Positions 43,030 to 52,058 of a DNA stretch of 64,000 nt are shown here, one piece after another. Source of the stretch: Trueperaceae bacterium (GTDB lineage Bacteria > Deinococcota > Deinococci > Deinococcales > Trueperaceae); assembly GCA_965213705.1 (NCBI GenBank), contig OZ243913.1, positions 352,001 to 416,000 on the forward strand. Reading direction: 5' to 3'. The translations under genes were made by a program, and so were the position numbers. Each line of letters starts with the position of its first letter. Positions within the stretch are counted from its first letter, which is position 1. The notes beneath the pieces are model-generated. The model did not search any database. It saw only the letters and a list, made by a program, of their open reading frames with translations, and was not told the DNA's origin.

Positions 43030-43067
43030 TCTCCCCTTTTAGGGGAGATGCCCGCAGGGCAGAGGGG
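43030..43067. repeat. REP-like double hairpin
   Basis: TCTCCCCT-TTT-AGGGGAGA followed by TGCCC-GCA-GGGCA-GAGGGG. Confidence 0.55.
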
Positions 43068-43076
43068 TCTGCTTAC

Positions 43077-43102
43077 AAAAAAAGCCCCGCCGAAGCGGGG
43101 CT
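43077..43102 (-). terminator. Intrinsic terminator of slpA
   Basis: Minus strand reads AGCCCCGC-TTCG-GCGGGGCT followed by a T run. Confidence 0.9.
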
Positions 43103-43129
43103 GGTTGCTTTTCGTGAGAAGCTAAGTTC

Positions 43130-45934
43130 TTAGAACTCGACTTCGTAACGAATCTTGAAGGCTTGACCACCTGTCGTCGTGCCGAGGGTTTCGGCCGTGT
43201 TCAGGTAGGCACCGTAGGAGAACTCGAGGCCGTAGTAAGCCCACATAAGTTCGTAACCGGTGGTGGTTTGGACACCCGTGCCGGCCTCGTCGTTGTCGGA
43301 GATGTTGGTCGCCGAATCGCCGACAAACCCGGGCGGGGTGTAGCTGCCGCTGACGTTCTCACCCGTGTAGTAACCGTAACGAGCCGTGAACACGCTGTTG
43401 TTGAACAAAAACTCGTTCAAGGTCACACCGACGCTGAATTGGAGTTCGTTGGCGGTGTAGTCGGGCTGTTGAACACCGTCCGCACCGACATCGGTGTGCA
43501 TAGTGTTGCGGTAGTTTACAACCGCCGCAAGGCTGGGCTGCAAGAAGATGTTGATTGGCTGCGTCACGAGACCCGTACCGACCCGGAGGGTGGTGGTGTC
43601 GTCGTTGAATACAGCGTCGTCAACTTCTTCGCGGATGTTGGAGCCGTAAGCCACGTAAGGCGTCAGTGTCAGGAAACCGAGGTCGAAGGTGTACTCGGCG
43701 TCTACATCGAGTGATGTGAGCGCGAACTCCGCGTTGCCGATGGTGTAGCGAACCTCGAAGGTGAGGCCCGGCAGCAGTGCGTTGTCGGCCGTGCCGTCGT
43801 GACGGACGCCGAAACCGAAGCCGGTCACGTAGCCGTTGTTGTCACGCTCGGCGTCGCCCACGTCGAGAACGAGGTCGCCGTTGACGGTGGTGTTCTCATA
43901 AAAGCCGAAGACTTCGACGGCGCGGAACACTTCCACACCTGCCGACACGCCGAACGACACGACGTCGCCGTCGTTGTCGGTCGAGTAGCTGTCGAAGTAA
44001 CCGTCGACCACGACGAAGAACAGTTGCAAGCCGGCCGACACTTTGAAACCGGTTTGGTCCACGTCGAACACGTAGTTGGCGTCGTCGTTGATACCGAACC
44101 AGTTGTCGGGAATGGTGCGGTAGTTGACTTGGATGTCATCGAGCAGCGGAATCGAGTCGGTGTCGACGTCGGCAATCGCATAGAACAGCGAGGCGTCGAT
44201 GCCGACCGTGGTGGCGGGCAGGTTCGGAGAATCTGCCGTGATGCTGCCGCTGCTGTTGGCGTATTCGAAGCTGACGCTGAGGATGCTGACCCCGACGGTG
44301 CCGTCGACGCCGTAAACGGTGAGGTTTTGGTTGTCACCGGCCGCGTCGGCGTTGTCACCGGCGTTGTTCGACACTTGCGCGAACGAGAAGCCGCCCGTAA
44401 GAGTCAAGAACCCTTCTGAGAGAGGCGTCAGGGTGCCGCGGATACCGCGGTAGTAGGCGTTGGGAAAGCCGTAGTCGACGTCGTTGACCGTGATTTCATA
44501 GTCGCTTACGGAACCGCCGGTGATGGTCAGCTCAGGCTGTAAGAAAGCCAAAAAGTCCGGCGTTCCCACGTTGGCGACGAAGCCGATACCCATGTAGTCG
44601 GCGTCCATGATGTACGGGGTGAAAATGGCCTCGGGGCTCTCGCCGAACTGGAAAGTCAGCGGGAACTCGCCGATGCCGACGAAGGTCTTGAGGTTGGTGA
44701 CGTTGAAAACGTAGCCGGAGAAAAGCCCCGTGCCGTCGGAGTTGCCGGCCAGGTTGTAGGCTTGTTTCAGGTCGAGGGTGATAACGCCCTCAAACTCGTT
44801 GAAGGGGCCGACGCCCATGCTCTCGACACCAAAACCGAAGTTCAGGGTCAGCGAGGGGCTGAGTTCACCCGACGTGTTGTCGATGTCGGCGATGTCCTGG
44901 GCACGCTCGCCGTCTTCGTCGGTGCCGCCGTCGTCGTCGAAGTCGTTGTCACCCGTGGAAAAGGGCGAAGCGCCTTCTTCGGCAAACTGCGTCGCGATGA
45001 TAGCGCGCTCGTTGTTCAAACCCCAGATGCGGTCAACGTCGAAGGCGACATTGGCACCGCTGAGGCGGCTCACGTTGTACTCGAGGGCCAAAGTACCCGA
45101 AAAGGTCACTTGGGTTTCCTCTAAGCTCGTAACGCGGCCCTCTAAGTCGTCCAAACGGGCGTTCTGGTCGCTGTCGGAAGCTTCCAGCGCGGCCACGCGG
45201 TCACGCAGGGCGACCTGGTCGCGGCGAAGCAAGATGACGAACTCGCGCAGGTTGGCGATGTCGTTGGCGTTGCGGTCGACTTGCGACAGGTCGGGAAACT
45301 CGATGTCGCCGCCCGCGTTGTCGATGGCCTCGTTGAGGAGCGCCAACAGGTCGTTGATGTCGCGAATCGCGTCGGCGTTCTGGCGCGAGCGAGCGTCGGC
45401 GGCGCGCGCCAACTCTTCGGCGGCGGCGGCTTGCGCGGCGGCCGTGTCGGCGGCGGTGCGTGCGGCGGCGATTTGGTTGAGAAGGTCTTGGAGCACGGCC
45501 GGGTCGAGCCCGCTCATGTCCATGCCTTCCAACGCGTCCAAACGCATCGAGTTGGACATTACGTCGTCACTCAGTGCGGCGACTTGGCCCTCGACGGCGC
45601 TCAAGCGCACGCCCTGCGCCGCGACGTCGGAGGCAAGCTCCTGGAGCGCGTTGCGCAGCGAGGCGATGTCGGCGTCACTCATGGCGCGCATGGCGTCCAT
45701 GTTTTGCTGAATGACGTCTAGGAGTCGGCTCACCACGAGCGCCGCTTGGTAACGGGTAAAGCTTTCGTTACCGCGGAAGGTCCCGTCGGGAAAGCCGATG
45801 ACTATGCCTAAGTCTGCAATGCGCGAGACGGCTTCGCCGGCCCAGTGGCCCGCCGGAATGTCCGGGAAGGCTTCCTGTGCCATAGCGCCCGACAGCGTCA
45901 GTGCAGCTAGGACGGTAAACAACATTTTTTTCAT
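43130..45934 (-). CDS. slpA: S-layer/outer-membrane tether protein SlpA (SLH, coiled coil, beta-barrel)
   Basis: Signal peptide, FPDIPAGHWA...GFPDGTFRG...TRYQAA SLH, long coiled coil, acidic beta-rich body and terminal YEVEF. Confidence 0.9.
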   Translation of the reverse strand: MKKMLFTVLAALTLSGAMAQEAFPDIPAGHWAGEAVSRIADLGIVIGFPDGTFRGNESFTRYQAALVVSRLLDVIQQNMDAMRAMSDADIASLRNALQELASDVAAQGVRLSAVEGQVAALSDDVMSNSMRLDALEGMDMSGLDPAVLQDLLNQIAAARTAADTAAAQAAAAEELARAADARSRQNADAIRDINDLLALLNEAIDNAGGDIEFPDLSQVDRNANDIANLREFVILLRRDQVALRDRVAALEASDSDQNARLDDLEGRVTSLEETQVTFSGTLALEYNVSRLSGANVAFDVDRIWGLNNERAIIATQFAEEGASPFSTGDNDFDDDGGTDEDGERAQDIADIDNTSGELSPSLTLNFGFGVESMGVGPFNEFEGVITLDLKQAYNLAGNSDGTGLFSGYVFNVTNLKTFVGIGEFPLTFQFGESPEAIFTPYIMDADYMGIGFVANVGTPDFLAFLQPELTITGGSVSDYEITVNDVDYGFPNAYYRGIRGTLTPLSEGFLTLTGGFSFAQVSNNAGDNADAAGDNQNLTVYGVDGTVGVSILSVSFEYANSSGSITADSPNLPATTVGIDASLFYAIADVDTDSIPLLDDIQVNYRTIPDNWFGINDDANYVFDVDQTGFKVSAGLQLFFVVVDGYFDSYSTDNDGDVVSFGVSAGVEVFRAVEVFGFYENTTVNGDLVLDVGDAERDNNGYVTGFGFGVRHDGTADNALLPGLTFEVRYTIGNAEFALTSLDVDAEYTFDLGFLTLTPYVAYGSNIREEVDDAVFNDDTTTLRVGTGLVTQPINIFLQPSLAAVVNYRNTMHTDVGADGVQQPDYTANELQFSVGVTLNEFLFNNSVFTARYGYYTGENVSGSYTPPGFVGDSATNISDNDEAGTGVQTTTGYELMWAYYGLEFSYGAYLNTAETLGTTTGGQAFKIRYEVEF

Positions 45935-46122
45935 AGAATCCCCTTGAATCTTGGTTTGTTTTCAGCGTCGGCAAGCGGTGGAGAAAAGGTTGCCTGAGTT
46001 GCCGTGTTTCCTCAAGCTTAGGTAGACATTGACCTGCCGGGACCTGACAGCCGCTCCTAGCCGGTTCAAGGTGTTGTCACCTCCTTCCGGTGCGACTACG
46101 AGAGCACACAAATCCAGTTCAG

Positions 46123-46151
46123 AGTATTTCACATCCCTATCTTGTTGTCAA
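46123..46151 (-). promoter_or_regulatory. Candidate sigmaA promoter of slpA
   Basis: Minus strand TTGACA-N17-AATACT with TG just upstream of the -10 box; implies a leader of about 180 nt. Confidence 0.5.
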
Positions 46152-46338
46152 TGTGTATGAAGAGTGGGTGAGAGTTAAATTCCCCTCAGTAAGCCCGAAC
46201 CGTCACGGCGACGAAGGCCCGGTTTCACTGCTTTCTCACCGAAAACGCAGCTTTGTGAGAGCCGGCCTTACCGGACGGCTCGGTGCGGTTGAGGTGTTCC
46301 GGTTGAGGTGTTCGGGTAGGTACGTTAGGGTTGGAGAC

Positions 46339-46812
46339 ATGCGGTACTACGTGGTGGCGGTGGGTGGGCTCAAACGAGAATTTTATGCCGACGGGGTCGC
46401 GTTGTATACCAAACGTCTGCAGGCTTTCAGCAGGGTCGAAGTAGCCGAGGTCAAAGAAAGCAAGGTGCGCGACCCCGAAGAAGCCAAGAAGCTCGAGAGT
46501 GCCGCACTGCTCCGCGCCGCCCAAGGTTACGCCGCCCAAGGCTACAAGGTCGCGCTCGACGAGGGCGGCAAACTTTTCAGCTCGGCAGCACTTGCCGAGC
46601 ACGTTGCGGGGCTCGAGCTGCGCGGCGTCAGTTCTTTAAGCCTGCTTCTGGGCGGCGCGGCGGGCCACAGCGCCGCCCTCAAACAACAGGTCGACGACGT
46701 CTGGAGCCTGTCGCCGCTGACACTTCCGCACGACCTCGCGCGGCTCGTACTCTTAGAACAGCTCTACCGCGCCGAGACCATCCGGGCGGGGCACCCGTAC
46801 CACCGGGAGTAA
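46339..46812 (+). CDS. rlmH: 23S rRNA pseudouridine-1915 N3-methyltransferase
   Basis: LDEGGK, GGAAGH and SLSPLTLPHDLARLVLLEQLYRA...PYHRE. True start at MRYYVV. Confidence 0.95.
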   Translation: MRYYVVAVGGLKREFYADGVALYTKRLQAFSRVEVAEVKESKVRDPEEAKKLESAALLRAAQGYAAQGYKVALDEGGKLFSSAALAEHVAGLELRGVSSLSLLLGGAAGHSAALKQQVDDVWSLSPLTLPHDLARLVLLEQLYRAETIRAGHPYHRE

Positions 46813-46851
46813 AAACCGTAAAGTCTTTGCTCCCCGCGCCCCCGCCCCTTT

Positions 46852-49266
46852 TTATTCCGTCGGCGCGCCGCTCAAGGCCCACTGGGCGTAGGCGTCGACA
46901 AAGCTGAAAGTCGCGTCGCCCCCGCCCTGGGCGAGAAAGTAGTTCAGGAAGTCGCGCACGTCTTGGGCGGTACTCCCCAGAAACAGCTCTCCGCCGCCAA
47001 AACCCGCAAAGCGACCCGTGTCCAGTTCGGGCAAAGCCGCGTCTGCCGCGTCGGCGTTGGCGCGCAGCTCGGCGAGCAGCGTTGCCAACAAGACGTCGTC
47101 GCCCTCGTTCAGGTCACCGCGGGTATACAGCGCCGTTTCCGACTCCAGGGCGAGCATGGTGATGTTTTGGCCCAGGAGACGCCGCAGCAAGTCGGGTTGA
47201 CCGCTCACCTCAAACACGACCTCGGCCGCGGCGCTGCGGTCTTCGCTCGCCGTCGCGCTCAGTGTGACGGTGTAGGTGCCCGCCGCCAAGTCGACGGGCA
47301 GGTCGAGGCCCAAGCTGTCGACCACGTAGCCGATGGCGTTGGTCGGGACATCTATGTCGCGGCTCTGCTCGGCCACGACCGTGTCACCCATTTTCAGGGC
47401 GACGTTGACGCTCACCCGGTTGGGCAACTCCACCCCCGAGGTGTAAAGCTCGAACGACGGGTAAACGCGGTCGCCGGGGTGAAAGGGGGCGGCGGCTATG
47501 CCGGTAGGACCCAACCCCACCCTGGCCGAGTCACTTATCTCTAAGGGCGGCAGCGGCGCGCGCAAGACCTCGAGCCTGGCTTGGGCGGCGTCGACGTAAG
47601 CGGCGTCGGGACCGCCCGGGTTGCCGTCCAAAAAGCGTTCCAGCGCCTTGGCGGCGTTCTCGCGGCGTCCTTCTTGTTCGTAAAGTCTGGCGAGTGGGTA
47701 GTAAATGCCCGGTTGCCGCGGGTAAAGGCGCAGGGCGTTTTCTAAGTCCTCGACCGCCGCGTCGTCGACCTCGGGGTCCAGGGCCAGGGCCTCGTCGTAG
47801 GCGTCCAGCGCCTCTTCGACGCGCCCCTGCACCACCTGCGCCAAACCCAGGTTGTAAAGGGCGATGTACTGGTCGGGGGCGAGCGTGAGAGCGCGCGTCG
47901 AGGCCGCCTCGCTCTGCTCCAGCAAACCGAGCAGGTAGTAAGACCAGCCGAGATTGGTCCAGTAGAGGTCGTTGTCGGGCTCGAGCCGCGTCGCCACGGC
48001 CAAGGCCTGGGCGGCGGCGAGCGGTTCCTCCTCGTCGAAAGCGATAAACGACAAACGCTCGAACGGGTAAACGAAGTCCGGCGCCAGGCGTGTCAGCCTG
48101 GTCAGCGCGGCTTTCTCCTGTTCTAAGTCACCCCCGTCTTGAGCGACGAGGCCGGCCGTGAGGAGCGAGGCGAAGCTGTCCGCCTGAACCAGACTCGTTA
48201 AATCCTCGGCCGCCAGACCTCGTGAGGCCCGAAACGCCGCCCGGGCGGCGCGCCCGAAGCTGTAAGCAGGTTCAGTCTCGCCCGCGTCGGCGCCCGTATC
48301 GGCAACCGCGTCGAAAGTGGCGGCGGCGAGGGCGTCTTGCCGGTCGCTGGCGTACAGGGTCGCCAGCCAGGTTTGCGCGACGGGCAACTCGGTTTGCTCG
48401 GCGAACGCTTGAAAATAGCGAATCGAGATGGCTTCGTCGAGCGGCGCGACGCCCAGGGACAAGGTTGCCAGACGGCCGGCTCGAGCCGCACTGTTCACCT
48501 TTGCATCTACCTCTGCACCCACCCGCGCGGCGTCGATGTCCTGCAGCAAGGCTTCAACTCGACCCACGAGGGCGGCCTCAGCGGTTGGAGAAAAGCTTTC
48601 CGGGTCCGGAACGGCCGGGACCCCAGAATCCGAATCGGACTCCGTGGTTTCCCCGTCTTGCGGAGCGGGTTCCGGAGTCGCCTCCTCCAAAACCGTCCGC
48701 GCCTCCTCGACAAAGCCCGCGCCGACCAAGGCGACGGCGCGCACGTAGTCGCCGTAGGGGCCGGAGAGGTCAACGTCCAGGTCGGTCTCAGGCAACGCCA
48801 CACCGAGCCGCGCGGCCAACACGGTCACAGTTTTCCGAACCAGCAGGCTCGGCTCGGCGGCGGGCGCGCTCACCGCAAAGGTGCGGGCGACGCCTTCGTG
48901 CAGATAGAACACGCGCGCCGTAGCCCCGTCCTCTTCAAAACTGAGGGTTCCGGTGACGACGTTGTCCGCACCCAAAACCTCTTGCAACAAGCGTACACCC
49001 CGCGCCGAAGCCAGAGCGTCCTGACCGAGGAAGTCGGTCAGGTTGACGAAGCCGTCGCCGACCGCGACGGGCGGCACGAGCGACGGGGCCACGTCCGGGC
49101 CGACAGTCTCGAGCACGGCGTCGAACGCTTGCGCCACCCGGTCGGCGACCGCCACCCCGAGCAACACGTCTTGCGAGTCCAGCGGGTAAACCACCAGGGT
49201 TTCAGCCCATCCCACAGCCCATCCCAAAGGCAAAAAGAGCAGCACCAGAACCAACAAACGTCGCAT
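46852..49266 (-). CDS. Exported TPR protein with C-terminal Ig-like region
   Basis: Signal peptide MRRLLVLVLLFL after GGAGG; TPRs YWTNLGWSYYLLG and ALYNLGLAQ. Confidence 0.82.
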   Translation of the reverse strand: MRRLLVLVLLFLPLGWAVGWAETLVVYPLDSQDVLLGVAVADRVAQAFDAVLETVGPDVAPSLVPPVAVGDGFVNLTDFLGQDALASARGVRLLQEVLGADNVVTGTLSFEEDGATARVFYLHEGVARTFAVSAPAAEPSLLVRKTVTVLAARLGVALPETDLDVDLSGPYGDYVRAVALVGAGFVEEARTVLEEATPEPAPQDGETTESDSDSGVPAVPDPESFSPTAEAALVGRVEALLQDIDAARVGAEVDAKVNSAARAGRLATLSLGVAPLDEAISIRYFQAFAEQTELPVAQTWLATLYASDRQDALAAATFDAVADTGADAGETEPAYSFGRAARAAFRASRGLAAEDLTSLVQADSFASLLTAGLVAQDGGDLEQEKAALTRLTRLAPDFVYPFERLSFIAFDEEEPLAAAQALAVATRLEPDNDLYWTNLGWSYYLLGLLEQSEAASTRALTLAPDQYIALYNLGLAQVVQGRVEEALDAYDEALALDPEVDDAAVEDLENALRLYPRQPGIYYPLARLYEQEGRRENAAKALERFLDGNPGGPDAAYVDAAQARLEVLRAPLPPLEISDSARVGLGPTGIAAAPFHPGDRVYPSFELYTSGVELPNRVSVNVALKMGDTVVAEQSRDIDVPTNAIGYVVDSLGLDLPVDLAAGTYTVTLSATASEDRSAAAEVVFEVSGQPDLLRRLLGQNITMLALESETALYTRGDLNEGDDVLLATLLAELRANADAADAALPELDTGRFAGFGGGELFLGSTAQDVRDFLNYFLAQGGGDATFSFVDAYAQWALSGAPTE

Positions 49267-49471
49267 GAAAACCTCCAAAAAGTAACCTCAGGCTAGCACG
49301 CGCCAGGTGAGAGGCGGTGTAAAAAGCTCGTCGGGCAAAAGCCGCTGACCCGGCGAGCGCAAAGTGGTTTCGGTAGGAGTTGGCGCGTCCAGCGGCGCGC
49401 CGCTGGACAGCGTGACAAAGGCATTTAGAGCAGGCTCGAGCACGGGGCAACCCCAGGACGCGGCCGAGCCC

Positions 49472-49933
49472 CTAACTGTCCAGCAGGTCTTCAAACTCCT
49501 CCAACAGCGTTGCCGCCACCTTGCTGCTGCGGGCGACGACCAAAATAGTGTTCTGCCCGGCGACCGTCCCGACGATGTCCTCGCGCTCCAACTTGTCGAT
49601 GACGTAAGAAATACCGCTGGCGTGGCCTTCGTCGGTGTTGATGACGATGACGTTTTCGCCGCGGCCCAGGTCGCGCACGAACAGTTTGAAGCGCTGCCCG
49701 AGTTCGCCCATCACGTCTTCTTGGGCGGCCAGGGGCGTCGAGCGATAGCGGTGTTGACCGTCGCCCGCCGGAATGCGCACCAGCCGCAGTTCGTTGACGT
49801 CCCGGCTGATGGTCGCTTGGGTTACCCGGATGCCGCGGTCGCCCAAGTGTTTGGCGATTTCGGCCTGGGTGGCAATAAACTCGGTTTCGACGAGGTCTTC
49901 GATAAGGCGTTGGCGGTATTCTTTACTCGGCAT
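49472..49933 (-). CDS. argR: Arginine repressor
   Basis: TQATISRD wHTH and GTVAGQNT. Confidence 0.95.
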   Translation of the reverse strand: MPSKEYRQRLIEDLVETEFIATQAEIAKHLGDRGIRVTQATISRDVNELRLVRIPAGDGQHRYRSTPLAAQEDVMGELGQRFKLFVRDLGRGENVIVINTDEGHASGISYVIDKLEREDIVGTVAGQNTILVVARSSKVAATLLEEFEDLLDS

Positions 49934-49945
49934 AATTATTCATTT
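49928..49945. promoter_or_regulatory. ARG box overlapping the argR start codon
   Basis: Minus strand AAATGAATAATTATGCCG matches the TGAATAAWWATNCA consensus at all but the last position. Confidence 0.7.
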
Positions 49946-50011
49946 AAGCACAGTCCTAAGGGGCTTGCAACTGCCGGTGCATACTCCGGTATTAGCTCGA
50001 GCATACACCCT

Positions 50012-51208
50012 CTAAGACAAGCGCTTTCTCAGGATGGCGACCACTCTGTCCAACAACCTGTCGGCAACTTCGCGCTTGGACATGAGCGGCAGCGCCTCGG
50101 CCCGGGCGTCCGGCGTGACGAAAGTGACCTCGTTGTCGCCGCCGCCAAAAGCGGTGTGCGCTTTGGCCGGGTAGTTCAAACAGATAAAGTCGAGACCTTT
50201 GCGCCGCGCCTTGTCGGCGGCGCGCTCTACGCCTTGGTGAGTTTCCATCGCGAAGCCGACCATGATTTGCTGGGCTCGAGCCTTGGCGAGTTCGCTCAAG
50301 ATGTCGGGCGTTCGGACCAGGTCCAGGGTTTGCCGCTCGCCTATCTTCGCCACTTTCTCCGCGCTCGTGTGCTCGGCGCGCCAGTCGGCGACGGCGGCGC
50401 TCATCACAAGCACGTCCGCCGCGCCGAAGTGCGTACTGAGGGCGGCCAACATTTCCCCGGCGCTTTCGACCCGTTCCAACGTCGCGCCGTAGGGTGGTGG
50501 AAGGCTTACGGGACCGCTCACGAGCGTGACCTCGGCCCCCCTGGAGAGCGCCGCCGCGGCCACCGCGTAGCCCATCTTGCCACTGCTCGGGTTGCTGATA
50601 AACCGGACCGGGTCGAGGTATTCGCGGGTCGGCCCGGCAGAAACCAAGACGCGCTTGCCGGAAAAATCTTGGGGTTTGAACAGGTCGGGCAAGGCCGCGA
50701 CAATTTCTTCGGGCTCGGCCATGCGGCCCACGCCCGCACCTTCGTCTTTGGCGGCGAGCGAACCGTACACCGGGCCGACAAAGGCGTGCCCGTCCGCCCG
50801 CAGCGTTGCGACGTTGCGGGCCACCGCCCCGTGCGCCCACATCGCGGTGTTCATGGCGGGCACCCACACCACGCGGGGAACGCCGCTGACAACGAGCGCC
50901 GAAACCGGGTCGTCGGCGCGGCCCGTCGCGGCGCTCGAGAGGGCGTCCGCGGTCGCGGGCGCGACGAGGAGCACGTCGGCCCAGTGCGCAAGTTCTAAGT
51001 GACGGGCGCGCCCGTCCGGCGCAAACCACGCCGCCCGGTCAAACACCGGTGACCCGGCGGCAACCGCCAGCGACAACGGCGTCACAAACTGGTAAGCGTC
51101 TTCAGTGGCGGCCGCGCACACCGCGTGACCGGCCTCACGAAACCGTCGCAGCAGCGCGGGTGTCTTGAGGGCGGCCACGCCCCCCGTGGCGGCGACGACG
51201 ATGTTCAT
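50012..51208 (-). CDS. coaBC: Phosphopantothenoylcysteine decarboxylase/ligase
   Basis: VAPATA, PAMNTAM, GRMAEP, DPVRFISNPSSGKMG, AAVADW and GFAME. Confidence 0.95.
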   Translation of the reverse strand: MNIVVAATGGVAALKTPALLRRFREAGHAVCAAATEDAYQFVTPLSLAVAAGSPVFDRAAWFAPDGRARHLELAHWADVLLVAPATADALSSAATGRADDPVSALVVSGVPRVVWVPAMNTAMWAHGAVARNVATLRADGHAFVGPVYGSLAAKDEGAGVGRMAEPEEIVAALPDLFKPQDFSGKRVLVSAGPTREYLDPVRFISNPSSGKMGYAVAAAALSRGAEVTLVSGPVSLPPPYGATLERVESAGEMLAALSTHFGAADVLVMSAAVADWRAEHTSAEKVAKIGERQTLDLVRTPDILSELAKARAQQIMVGFAMETHQGVERAADKARRKGLDFICLNYPAKAHTAFGGGDNEVTFVTPDARAEALPLMSKREVADRLLDRVVAILRKRLS

Positions 51209-51252
51209 TGTCAGGAGTTCATTTCAGGGGTTCGTTAGACAGTTAAAAAGCT

Positions 51253-51555
51253 CTAGTCGTCTTCGTCTTTGTTGTAGGACACGCTGTAGGCAGCCGAATC
51301 CAAGCGGCGGTCGCGGTCGACGGTTTGCTTGAGTTCGTCCTGACTCGGCAACTCGTCGCCCCAGGTAATAGACTTGCCGAGCACGAGTTCTTTGAGCGCC
51401 AGTGTCACCGTGTTGCGCGTTTTGGGAGATTCTTCGTGGCTGAGCAGGGTGGGAATCCCGTTCTTGATCTGCGCCGCGCGGCGAGCGGCAATCATCGACA
51501 GGCGATAACGCGAGTCGGTTAGTTCCAACAGTTTGTCGAATCCATCTTGAGCCAT
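51253..51555 (-). CDS. rpoZ: RNA polymerase omega subunit
   Basis: DSRYRLSMIAARRAAQI...VTLALKEL; upstream of coaBC; GAAGGAGG RBS. Confidence 0.93.
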   Translation of the reverse strand: MAQDGFDKLLELTDSRYRLSMIAARRAAQIKNGIPTLLSHEESPKTRNTVTLALKELVLGKSITWGDELPSQDELKQTVDRDRRLDSAAYSVSYNKDEDD

Positions 51556-51768
51556 GACAGCCTCCTTCAAAGCAGTCCACTATACGCTATCAACAGAAAA
51601 AACAAGGTAAAGCGCAAAAACCGGCCTGCTCCCGACTGTTTCTAAAGGTTTGTAAAAGCGCTGCACGCCGAATTTTTCTTGACGAGCGTTGGGTGACCCT
51701 GAAGCCCACAACCCTTAGCTTTTTCACTTGATTGAGACAAATTGGTCTTGACCTTACCTGCCTTTTTA

Positions 51769-51999
51769 GGGAAGGTGGCCCTGTGAGCCAGTGGGGTCTG
51801 CTTCTGAACTTGCGCATTTGTACGTCTCAATCGCTCTTGGAACCGCTGCCTCAAGCCCGGACGCGGCGCAAGGCACTGGACGTTACCTACTCAACCCGAC
51901 GTCGGCAGCCAACACCAGCACCGCTCCCGCGACCACGAACACCGCGGAAGGCCCGGGTTTGCCAGGCGTTGAACAAGTTAGACATGAAGGCCCTTTCCC
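51769..51999 (+). ncRNA. Candidate structured RNA (long rod with internal loops, 6S-like architecture)
   Basis: End-to-end pairing: GGGAAGG(U)GGCC/GGCCCUUUCCC, UCU(G)AACUUG/CAAGUUAGA, UCAA(U)CGC/GCGUUGA and CGCGG/CCGCG. G-U pairs favour the + strand. No credible ORF. Confidence 0.55.
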
Positions 52000-52010
52000 A
52001 ACGGTTCGGT

Positions 52011-52051
52011 TTGAGACCAAGGACTTGAGACCAGTGAGTTGAGACCAAGGA
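52011..52051. repeat. TTGAGACCA direct repeat, 3 copies at a 14-bp period
   Basis: Copies start at 52011, 52025 and 52039. Confidence 0.8.
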
Positions 52052-52058
52052 GCCGCGT

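Noticed and set aside
49364..50998. 544-aa + strand ORF
   Set aside because: Antisense shadow of argR and coaBC, typical of GC-rich DNA, with no recognisable motifs.
51769..51999. SRP RNA, tmRNA, RNase P RNA or tRNA identity for the structured region
   Set aside because: No SRP domain IV motif, no tRNA-like ends with a T-loop and no RNase P P4 consensus seen.
52011..52051. Regularly spaced TTGAGACCA as a mini-CRISPR
   Set aside because: The 9-bp repeat and 5-bp spacers are far too short.
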